Source: an uncultured Gammaproteobacteria bacterium (GTDB lineage: Bacteria; Patescibacteriota; Patescibacteriia; Patescibacteriales; UBA12465). Taken from it: 64,000 bases of DNA. How positions within the stretch are numbered: position 1 is the first letter of the stretch; each line of letters opens with the position of its first letter. The stretch is taken from the NCBI GenBank assembly GCA_964470695.1, contig CAYYDR010000001.1:75405-139404 (forward strand), in the 5' to 3' direction. Shown here one piece after another: positions 28,526 through 36,138 of the stretch. The position numbers and the translations under genes are program-made. The notes beneath the pieces were generated by a model, which was not told the origin of the DNA, did no database searches, and worked only from the letters and a program-made list of their open reading frames with translations.

Positions 28526-30781
28526 TTATCTCCGGTCGCCGAAACGGCTGGGTCTAGATGGCCCATTACCACGAGAACCGAAGCTTGGGCGGCTACCGAA
28601 AGACGAGCCGTTAGACTTGCCTTTCTCATCTTTCCATAGGTCGGCATTCTCGGTTAGGCCTTTCATGGTTAGGTTAACTCGGCCTTGATCATCAATTTCT
28701 TTAATTTTAACGGTAACTATATCGCCGATGTTTAAGAAGTCGCCTGGCTTCTCAATGCGGTAAGGAGCTAGTTCACTGACATGAACCATGCCGTCCTGGT
28801 TAGCATTAAGAGAAACGAAAGCGCCGAAATCTAACATTCTCACCACCTTGCCTTTAACGATTTCGCCGGCTTCAAAGACATGAACGATTTCTTTGACTTG
28901 TTTAACAGCCTCATTAACCATCTCAGCGTTATTGCCACAGATGATTACTAAGCCTGTATCTTCAATATCAATACTAACTCCAGTTTCATCAATAATACGA
29001 TTGATTACTTTGCCGCCCGGCCCAATGATAGCGCCGATTTTTTCTGGATCAACGTTAAAGCTGATAAGGCGTGGTGCGTATTTTGATAACTCAGTGCGCG
29101 GGGCAGGAATAGCCGCCGTGATAACGCCGAGAATCTGGTTTAAAGCAGCGCGACCTTGAGTTAAAGTTTTGGTAATTATTTCTTTAGTTAAGCCATCAGT
29201 CTTAGTATCTAACTGAATAGCGGTTAAGCCAGCATCAGTTCCGGTGATTTTGAAGTCCATGCCGCCTTCGCCGTCTTCTAAATCTTGAATGTCAGTTAGA
29301 ACTTCCCAACGGCTCATATCATGGTTAGAAGCTAAGCCCATAGCGATGCCGACCACTGGTTTTTTAATCGGTACGCCAGCATCCATTAAAGCTAAGGTAG
29401 AGGCGCAAGTTGAAGCCATAGAGGAAGAACCATTAGAACCTAAAGTTTCACTAACGATGCGAACGGTATAAGGGAATTCTTCTTTATTAGGAATCATTGG
29501 CATTAAAGCTTTTTCAGCCAGTGCGCCGTGACCGATTTCGCGTCGGCCAGTTCCTCGCAGTGGTGAAGCTTCGCCGACTGAGTAAGGCGGGAAGTTATAA
29601 TGATGCATGTAACGTTTTTTGCTTTGACCTTCAATTCCTTCTAGTGATTGTTCCATGCCTGGAGCGCCTAGAGTAACAATGGACATCACTTGAGTCTCGC
29701 CGCGAGAGAAAAGGGAAGTGCCATGGTCGCGAGGGAGAACGGCTACCTCAGCTGATAGAGCGCGTATTTCATCTAAGGCTCTTCCATCAACGCGGCGCTT
29801 ATCTTCTAAAATAGAACGAGTTACTTCGGCGTCAATGGCGTTCTCGGCCAATTTTTTAATAATGAAGTCGCGCTTATCTCCAGTTAAACCTTGAGAAGCT
29901 AAATAAGCCTCTAACTGGCTCTTAATAGCGCTGACGGCCGCTTTACGCTCGCCTTTAGTGTAATATACTTTATCAAATAAAATATTTTTAACATTATTTG
30001 CTAACCAGGCTTCGCCGATTTTGAGTAGCTCAGCTTTGTCAGCTTTAGCTTTAACTTCGTCTTCGGTTTCAATTTTTTTAACTTCCTGGTGATCTTTTTT
30101 AGGAGCAACATTTTTCTTGAGCTCGTTAATCAAGTCAATTGCTGGTTGCATTTTTTCCTGACCAATCGTAATGGCCTCCAACATTGTGTTCTCCGGAATT
30201 TCCTGAGCGCCAGCTTCAATCATAATAGTCTTTTGAGCCGTGCCAGCGACAATCAAATCCAAAGTGCTCTTAGCCTGTTCTTCATAGGTAGGATTGAAAA
30301 TAAATTGACCTTCAATTAAACCAACGCGGATTCCGCCAATTGGTCCGTTCCATTTAAGTCCAGAAATAGCTAAGGCAGCAGAAGCAGCCACTAGAGAAAC
30401 GATGTCGTAATCATTTTCTTGGTCAACGGCTAAAACAGTAATGATTACCTGGACATCGCGATTATCGCCTGGAGCGAATAATGGTCTAATGGAGCGATCA
30501 ATCATGCGGCCAGTTAAAATAGACTGGTCAGTTGGGCGACCTTCGCGCTTCACCCAACGGGAACCCTTAATTATGCCAGCGGCATAAAGTTTTTCTTCAA
30601 ATTCAACCATGAGCGGGAAGAAATCAATTCCTTGTCGCTCATATTTAGATTGGACAACTGTTGCCTGAACAACAGTTTCTCCGTACTGAACCCAGACGGC
30701 TGCGTCAGCCTGTAAGGCGACTTTTCCCGTCTTGATAGTGAGGGGGCGGCCCAGCCATTCCCCGGTAAATACTTTTTCCAT
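28526..30781 (-). CDS. pnp: Polyribonucleotide nucleotidyltransferase (PNPase)
   Basis: Two RNase PH domains, a KH domain (IGPGGKVIN) and an S1 domain. RG/S-rich tail. Confidence 0.97.
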   Translation of the reverse strand: MEKVFTGEWLGRPLTIKTGKVALQADAAVWVQYGETVVQATVVQSKYERQGIDFFPLMVEFEEKLYAAGIIKGSRWVKREGRPTDQSILTGRMIDRSIRPLFAPGDNRDVQVIITVLAVDQENDYDIVSLVAASAALAISGLKWNGPIGGIRVGLIEGQFIFNPTYEEQAKSTLDLIVAGTAQKTIMIEAGAQEIPENTMLEAITIGQEKMQPAIDLINELKKNVAPKKDHQEVKKIETEDEVKAKADKAELLKIGEAWLANNVKNILFDKVYYTKGERKAAVSAIKSQLEAYLASQGLTGDKRDFIIKKLAENAIDAEVTRSILEDKRRVDGRALDEIRALSAEVAVLPRDHGTSLFSRGETQVMSIVTLGAPGMEQSLEGIEGQSKKRYMHHYNFPPYSVGEASPLRGTGRREIGHGALAEKALMPMIPNKEEFPYTVRIVSETLGSNGSSSMASTCASTLALMDAGVPIKKPVVGIAMGLASNHDMSRWEVLTDIQDLEDGEGGMDFKITGTDAGLTAIQLDTKTDGLTKEIITKTLTQGRAALNQILGVITAAIPAPRTELSKYAPRLISFNVDPEKIGAIIGPGGKVINRIIDETGVSIDIEDTGLVIICGNNAEMVNEAVKQVKEIVHVFEAGEIVKGKVVRMLDFGAFVSLNANQDGMVHVSELAPYRIEKPGDFLNIGDIVTVKIKEIDDQGRVNLTMKGLTENADLWKDEKGKSNGSSFGSRPSFGSRGNGPSRPSRFGDRR

Positions 30782-30863
30782 AGTTTTGTCGGCTGGCCGT
30801 CAAATTAAAGGACTGTATTGAATATACAGTGCTATCTATTTGCCGGTCAGTCCGTGTTATTTA

Positions 30864-31373
30864 TTATTTTCTATAATTATTAATTAAAAATTTTTTATCA
30901 GATCCAAGATCAATAAAGTCATCCGCTTCTTCTATTAATTTGGAAGAGCAGGTTTTGCGGAAAGCCATTATTTCTACTAGACAGCCCTTATTGTTCTGTA
31001 AATAGGAAACCAGCGGGATGTAATCGCCATCCCCGGAAACAATAATAATGACATCTAGTTTATCGCCTAATTTGATGGCGTCAATCGTTATGCCAACATC
31101 CCAATCACCTTTTTTAGCTCCGCCAGCGAAGATTTGTAAGTCCTTCATTTTAACCTCAAAACCTTGTTGGCTCAGAGCCTCTATAAAAGGCGCTTCATCC
31201 TGGTTTTCGGTCCGGATAGCATAAGCAGTGGCCCGGATAAGTTTCCGGCCGGCCACTGCTTTAGCTAAAATCTCTTTGAAGTTTACTTTCTTGTTATACA
31301 GATTCTTCGCCGAGTGGTACATGTTTGAGACATCTACTAGTATTCCCACTCTTTGTTCTCCGTGTTTTATCAT
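30864..31373 (-). CDS. NYN-domain (LabA/DUF88-like) putative RNase
   Basis: VGILVDVSNMY and IIVSGDGDYIPLV motifs of the NYN/PIN-like fold. Confidence 0.7.
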   Translation of the reverse strand: MIKHGEQRVGILVDVSNMYHSAKNLYNKKVNFKEILAKAVAGRKLIRATAYAIRTENQDEAPFIEALSQQGFEVKMKDLQIFAGGAKKGDWDVGITIDAIKLGDKLDVIIIVSGDGDYIPLVSYLQNNKGCLVEIMAFRKTCSSKLIEEADDFIDLGSDKKFLINNYRK

Positions 31374-31381
31374 AGTTAATA

Positions 31382-31756
31382 TTATTTTTCGTCCTCAACC
31401 GCGCCATCCTTAAGCTCGCCTTCTTCCTCAGGATCAATATATTTCTTTTCTTTCTTCTTTTCCTCTTCTTCCTCTTCCTGTAATTTTTGGGCAATCTTTA
31501 ATTTTAACTTGTCAGCTAATTCTTTAAATTGCTCAGCATTTTCTTTCTGTAAGTATTTTAAGAGTTTGCGTCTTTCACTAACTTTTTTTAACAAACCGCG
31601 GCGGGAAGAGAAGTCGTGCTTGTGCTTCTTTAAGTGGTCGGTTAATTCTTTGATTTCCTCAGTTAAGATAGCAATCTGCACTTGAGGAGAACCGGTGTCA
31701 GTGTCATGGACACGGAATTTTTTAATGATTTTTTCCTTGTTTTTTTTGTCTAACAT
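31382..31756 (-). CDS. rpsO: 30S ribosomal protein S15 with a Glu/Lys-rich C-terminal extension
   Basis: DTGSPQVQIAILTEEI..L..HLKKHKHD..SRRGLLK core. Confidence 0.92.
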   Translation of the reverse strand: MLDKKNKEKIIKKFRVHDTDTGSPQVQIAILTEEIKELTDHLKKHKHDFSSRRGLLKKVSERRKLLKYLQKENAEQFKELADKLKLKIAQKLQEEEEEEKKKEKKYIDPEEEGELKDGAVEDEK

Positions 31757-31847
31757 TGTTTTGGCGCTTATCCGAGAAGCGGCTCAGCCCTTGGTTTTAG
31801 GGTTTCCGTCTCCGCATCCAAGATAAGTACATTAATTATTAAGATGC

Positions 31848-32108
31848 TTATTTCAAAGCATTAATTTTTTTCATCAGTCTTGATTTCTTGCGGGAAGCGG
31901 TATTTTTCTTAATTACCCCTTTTTTAGCCGCTTTATCAATGGCTTTAATAGTTTTTGTGTAATCTTCCTTAACTTTTTTATCGCCAGCCTTAATTTGTTT
32001 TAGGCTAGACTTAACAGAATTCTTAAGTTTATCAGACACTTTTTTGTTGGCAGCGTTCCTTTTGACCGCCTTGCGCAGTTCCTTGGCTGCCGACTTCTTA
32101 TTTGGCAT
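31848..32108 (-). CDS. rpsT: 30S ribosomal protein S20
   Basis: 86 aa, highly basic, N-terminus MPNKKSAAKELRKAVKRN. Confidence 0.85.
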   Translation of the reverse strand: MPNKKSAAKELRKAVKRNAANKKVSDKLKNSVKSSLKQIKAGDKKVKEDYTKTIKAIDKAAKKGVIKKNTASRKKSRLMKKINALK

Positions 32109-32319
32109 ACAGTATTTTCTAAAATTAGTTAATTAAAGTATCTCAATATTAACAGAATACTAAATAAAAATCAAGTGTTTATTAGATTATACTTATATTA
32201 TTGAGTTATTAATTATTTTGTTTAATATTAGTTATTTTGTTGTTTATAATTGACATATTTATTATTTTATTGTATTATATCAAAATTAGTATTTTTTAAA
32301 AAAAGTAGGAGACTCAAGC

Positions 32320-32955
32320 ATGGAAAGGTTCGCCAGATCTTTATTTTGGCTGCAAATCGTTCTAGCTTGGGCCTATTCAGTACCCCAAGCTTGGCGACTC
32401 ATCGGAAACACGCAGAGTATCACGGTAACTTTTTATCTGCTCATGTTTCTGTTTATACTATTCAATTTGTCTTTATCAATTAACGCGTTTCTGGTTGATC
32501 ATAAAGAATCTTCAAAGAGAATAGTCTGGATTTATGCTAATTGGACTTTGTTGGTCGGTTTACTTCTGGCTATCGTTTCCTGGAAAGGCGTTTGGAAAAA
32601 TACCGATAACATCGTTTTAATATTAGCATTTGTGGCCACAATCAGTGTGCTTGTTATAGGTTATAAGATGAATCTCTCTTATCGGGATTCAATAATCCGC
32701 GGCATTCTCGCTTGTATTTATAAGGGCGGTCCGCAGCTATATTTAGCCTATTGTATTATTCAGAATCACGGTGCCTCGGATTTAGCGCCACTAGCGGTTT
32801 GGGTGGCCAACTCAACCGCCTTACTGCGTATATATCAGATTAGTTTTTCTATTAGACAATCTGGTTGGACGCGTGATTTACTGGGGTTAGTAATTAGCGA
32901 ATCGGGGAATGAAATAACCTGGATGCTAGTTACTGTTATTTGGCTTTTAGTTTGA
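32320..32955 (+). CDS. Seven-TM membrane protein with two PQ motifs (PQ-loop/SWEET-like, 3+1+3 layout)
   Basis: 211 aa with about 7 hydrophobic helices. P22-Q23 in helix 1 and P138-Q139 in helix 5. SD AGGAG. Confidence 0.45.
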   Translation: MERFARSLFWLQIVLAWAYSVPQAWRLIGNTQSITVTFYLLMFLFILFNLSLSINAFLVDHKESSKRIVWIYANWTLLVGLLLAIVSWKGVWKNTDNIVLILAFVATISVLVIGYKMNLSYRDSIIRGILACIYKGGPQLYLAYCIIQNHGASDLAPLAVWVANSTALLRIYQISFSIRQSGWTRDLLGLVISESGNEITWMLVTVIWLLV

Positions 32956-33041
32956 TAAAGACTGCGATTATGTTTAACATTTTCGGAGTCTTTTTTATTT
33001 TTAATGCACAATTTTTGATTTTATTATATACTATCTTATAT

Positions 33042-33803
33042 ATGGGAAATAATAGAAAAAAGATTTGGCTAGTTGTCGGGTTAATTATCGGGCTGGTGAT
33101 TATTATCTATCTTAATCGCGCTTACGCTAATATTTATAATACCATTGGCGCCGCCAATCTTGAGCCAGTTAATTTAGCTGGTTCGTATTTAGTTTCTAAT
33201 AATATGCCAGACACTACGGAAATAACTTATGTCGCTCTCGGTGATAGCCTGATGGCCGGAGCCGGAGTTGACGCCCCAGAGGAATCTCTGCCTTATTTGT
33301 TAGCGCAAAAAATGTCAGAAACAGGGAAGACGATAGACTTAAAAAATTTCTCTGTCCCGGGCTTTAAGTCATCAGATTTGATAATTGACCTTTTACCAAA
33401 GGCGGTTGCCGCTAATCCGACAGTAGTTACTCTTTTAATCGGGGCGAATGATATTCATAATCAGGTTTCAGAAGAAGATTTTCGTAAAAATTATAGTCAT
33501 ATTCTAGATCGTTTAACTAAGGAAACTCAGGCAAAGATTTATGTCATTAATATCCCTTTTATTGGAGCTGATATAATGATGCTCCCCCCTTACGGCGCTT
33601 ATTTTAAACATCAGACCGAGAAGTTTAATAAAATTATTAAGGAGCTAGCCAGCGAGCGTTCGCTTAGTTATATAGATTTATATTCGCCTTCTTTATCTTT
33701 ATTTCAGAAGCCAGGCGATCATTATAGTTCAGATTTATTTCATCCTTCGGCCCGTGGCTATAAAATATGGGCTGACATAATTTATGATAGTATCAGTAAA
33801 TAA
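33042..33803 (+). CDS. SGNH/GDSL hydrolase with an N-terminal TM anchor
   Basis: Block I ALGDSLMAG, block III GANDI, block V DLFHPS. Start moved to the ATG at 33042 (MGNNRKK). Confidence 0.8.
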   Translation: MGNNRKKIWLVVGLIIGLVIIIYLNRAYANIYNTIGAANLEPVNLAGSYLVSNNMPDTTEITYVALGDSLMAGAGVDAPEESLPYLLAQKMSETGKTIDLKNFSVPGFKSSDLIIDLLPKAVAANPTVVTLLIGANDIHNQVSEEDFRKNYSHILDRLTKETQAKIYVINIPFIGADIMMLPPYGAYFKHQTEKFNKIIKELASERSLSYIDLYSPSLSLFQKPGDHYSSDLFHPSARGYKIWADIIYDSISK

Positions 33804-34881
33804 TCCTATCCAGGCCACCTGGATTTTTTCAATAATTTTAGCCCTAGTTCTTCTGGCGTCTGTTAGGCCGCGCCAAATTAAAGATTGGTTGCCGACGTCT
33901 TTAACTGCCGAACTTAAGGGGTTATCTATTTTGATGATAATTCTTTCCCATGTCGGCTATTTTTTAGTTAGCGATACCCGTTTTCTCTGGCCCCTATCAA
34001 TTATGGCCGGAGTGGGAGTTAATTTGTTTTTATTTTTATCCGGATTCGGCCTAACAGCCAGCCAAATTAAAAAAGATTTGCCGGCCTGGCAATTCTATAA
34101 ACGGCGTTTACTGAAATTATTTATACCATTCTGGCTGATGTTAGGAACATTCTTGGCTCTAGATTATCTATTGCTGAAAATAAGTTACTCCTGGAGTTTT
34201 ATTTGGTCCGCTTTGATTGGTTTATTTAGTCGCGCGGATTTGTATCAAGATTTTAATTCTCCTCTTTGGTATTTTACTTTTATTCTTTTATACTATTTGT
34301 TGTTTCCTTTAGTCTTTTCCCGACGCTGGCCTTGGTTATCAGCTATAATTTTATATTTAGCCGGTTGGGCCCTAGTTAATTGGCCGCCCCAATTTTTTGA
34401 TTATGTTATCCATTTATACAAAGTTCATATTATCGCTTTTCCCTTGGGGGTCTTCTTTGCTTGGGCCATTTCTAAATTTAAACAGCCAAATCTTTTAGCG
34501 GAAACTTGGCTGCGTCGTATCGGACGCTATGTGATAATAGTTTTTTTGTCCCTTATTTTTGTTTGGTCAAATATTAATTCTGGAATCGGTCAAAGCGTTA
34601 ATGCTGAACAGCTGGCGAGCATCTTGGCGGTCGTGTCAATCGTAGGCATATTTATTTTTAAAAGAATAGAAATAAAAAGCCTGTCGCTTTTGGGGATATA
34701 TTCGTACGAAGCTTATCTTTGGCATTGGCCGCTTATGTATAGGCATGATTTATTATATAAATATTGTCCTATTTGGCTGGCAACTTTTTTATATTTAGTT
34801 TTATTGGTTGTTCTGGGCTGGCTCATGTCCAAGATTGCTGACTGGCTAGCTAGGCGTTTGCCAGGAAACCAAAATGGTTAA
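33784..34881 (+). CDS. Acyltransferase family 3 (membrane O-acyltransferase)
   Basis: 365 aa, about 10 TM, LKGLSILMIILSHV motif of the acyltransferase_3 family. Overlaps the SGNH gene end. Confidence 0.75.
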   Translation: MIVSVNNPIQATWIFSIILALVLLASVRPRQIKDWLPTSLTAELKGLSILMIILSHVGYFLVSDTRFLWPLSIMAGVGVNLFLFLSGFGLTASQIKKDLPAWQFYKRRLLKLFIPFWLMLGTFLALDYLLLKISYSWSFIWSALIGLFSRADLYQDFNSPLWYFTFILLYYLLFPLVFSRRWPWLSAIILYLAGWALVNWPPQFFDYVIHLYKVHIIAFPLGVFFAWAISKFKQPNLLAETWLRRIGRYVIIVFLSLIFVWSNINSGIGQSVNAEQLASILAVVSIVGIFIFKRIEIKSLSLLGIYSYEAYLWHWPLMYRHDLLYKYCPIWLATFLYLVLLVVLGWLMSKIADWLARRLPGNQNG

Positions 34882-34929
34882 TTTAATAATCTAATTTTGA
34901 GAAGTTTGTTCGGAAAAATCCGGTTAAAA

Positions 34930-34957
34930 TAAAAAACTCGCTATTAGCGAGTTTTTT
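34930..34957. terminator. Bidirectional terminator
   Basis: AAAAAACTCGC-TATTA-GCGAGTTTTTT. Confidence 0.7.
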
Positions 34958-34958
34958 G

Positions 34959-35033
34959 TCGGGGTGGAGAGATTCGAACTCTCGATCTTCTGGTCCCAAA
35001 CCAGACGCCTTAGACCAACTGGGCCACACCCCG
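34959..35033 (-). tRNA. tRNA-Pro(TGG)
   Basis: CGGGGTG acceptor, anticodon stem-loop TCTGG-TTTGGGA-CCAGA, T arm GAGAG-TTCGAAT-CTCTC. Confidence 0.9.
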
Positions 35034-35720
35034 GTTTGTTTTAAATTTGCTCTTTAGGCCGTCAATCCAGCCAATTAAGCGGAAAAACTGATGAACATTA
35101 TTGACGCGCAGGTGTATCGTTCCATATTGTAGTTTTTTATTTTGTTTTTGTAAACTCCCCCTGCTAATCACGTAGCATGTTTTGATAAAATTCTTTTTTG
35201 GCAGGTTAGTAATTTTTTGCCAAAAATTGATTGCTAGAGCGGTATCTTTGGGGTTGTGCAACATTATTTGTATTCGTATTTCCTCTTTTTTTATATGTAA
35301 ATAGTTAATAAAAAATTTCGTCATTAACTTAATCATTTCTGGGTCAGAGTTGGCAAAGTCTATACTTTTCCACTTACTGCCCTCAGCGCCCCTTTTATAT
35401 CCCTCCGCCCAGTATAATGATATCCCGACTAAAAATAAAGGGTCGTTTAGTAGTTTTTTTGCTTCTTCCCGGGCCTCTGTTCTAGTAGCTTCATGCTTTT
35501 CTTGAGCAATTCTAGTTTGTTCCTTATTTCTTTTTATTAATTTTGCTATAGCGGTAGTATTGGTTCGGGATTTTATTTTATTGCGTGCCTGCGGGGAAAG
35601 CTTTATATCTTTTAGCCAGATACTTAGAGTGCTTTTTGGGATATTTAAAGCAGCTCCTATTTGGCTATAAGATTGACCGTTCTTTCTCAAACTTATGGCA
35701 ATGTCCTTATCAATCCTCAT
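35010..35720 (-). CDS. HTH plus LAGLIDADG-like protein (putative free-standing homing-endonuclease-like gene)
   Basis: N-terminal resolvase-type HTH (GQSYSQIGAALNIPKSTLSIWLK), single LAGLIDADG-like motif LVGISLYWAEGYK. Own promoter TTGAAC/TATACT. The last ~8 codons run into tRNA-Pro. Confidence 0.4.
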   Translation of the reverse strand: MRIDKDIAISLRKNGQSYSQIGAALNIPKSTLSIWLKDIKLSPQARNKIKSRTNTTAIAKLIKRNKEQTRIAQEKHEATRTEAREEAKKLLNDPLFLVGISLYWAEGYKRGAEGSKWKSIDFANSDPEMIKLMTKFFINYLHIKKEEIRIQIMLHNPKDTALAINFWQKITNLPKKNFIKTCYVISRGSLQKQNKKLQYGTIHLRVNNVHQFFRLIGWIDGLKSKFKTNRGVAQLV

Positions 35721-35792
35721 AAATAAAAAATTGAACTTACGGTAACAGTATAAAATAACTATAACACAAGTTCAATTTTTTATCTAATTTAG

Positions 35793-36117
35793 TGCCCCGG
35801 GTCAGAATCGAACTGACGACACAAGGATTTTCCTTGGTAATTGTCTTAAGTTTCCTTAAGGATCGGACTATCTCATCTCCGCTTAAATTATTAAGGACGG
35901 AGTCGGGCGCTCGTGGCGGGGTTATTGTTGGGCTCACCCGCTAGTCTCTACACCTTCCTCAACTCTTTATCCCAGTTGAGGCTTGGCTCGGGATTACCGT
36001 TTTTGTCTTTCTGCAAGACAAATTTAGGCTTCCCCGAATTCACCCGATTTTCATTCTAGTGTTTCCACTAGACGGACCGAAAATCAGTCCTTTGCTCTAC
36101 CACTGAGCTACCGAGGC
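35793..36117 (-). tRNA. tRNA-Phe(GAA) interrupted by a group I intron (exons 36117-36086 and 35832-35793)
   Basis: The exons join to a 72-nt cloverleaf: GCCTCGG acceptor (U4:G69), D arm GCTC-AGTGGTA-GAGC, anticodon stem AAGGA/TCCTT, loop CT|GAAAA, T arm GTCAG-TTCGATT-CTGAC. Confidence 0.85.
35833..36085 (-). mobile_element. Group I self-splicing intron (IC3-like), 253 nt, no internal ORF
   Basis: P1 GGACU/GGUCC with a U.G pair at the splice site, P10 GAAAA/UUUUC, P2 and P9 GAAA tetraloop hairpins, P3 UCGGGUG/CGCCCGA, P7 GACUA/UAGUC, core GAAGGUGUAGAGACUAG, terminal G. Confidence 0.85.
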
Positions 36118-36138
36118 TTGAAAATTTTATTACGGTGG

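Noticed and set aside
30782-30863. Possible structured pnp leader (hairpin CTGTATTGAATATACAG and flanking complementarity).
   Set aside because: The pairings are short and AT-rich, and I could not define a convincing RNase III-type stem. Too weak to report as a feature without comparative data.
32250-32483. 77-codon ORF overlapping the start of the PQ-motif membrane protein in another frame.
   Set aside because: It begins inside the promoter region and has no SD. The overlapping frame at 32320 has an SD and a coherent 7-TM protein.
32940-33041. TTG-initiated N-terminal extension of the SGNH hydrolase ORF.
   Set aside because: The extension overlaps the preceding gene's stop and runs through an AT-rich promoter-like tract. 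The ATG at 33042, followed by a basic stretch and a TM anchor, is a more natural start.
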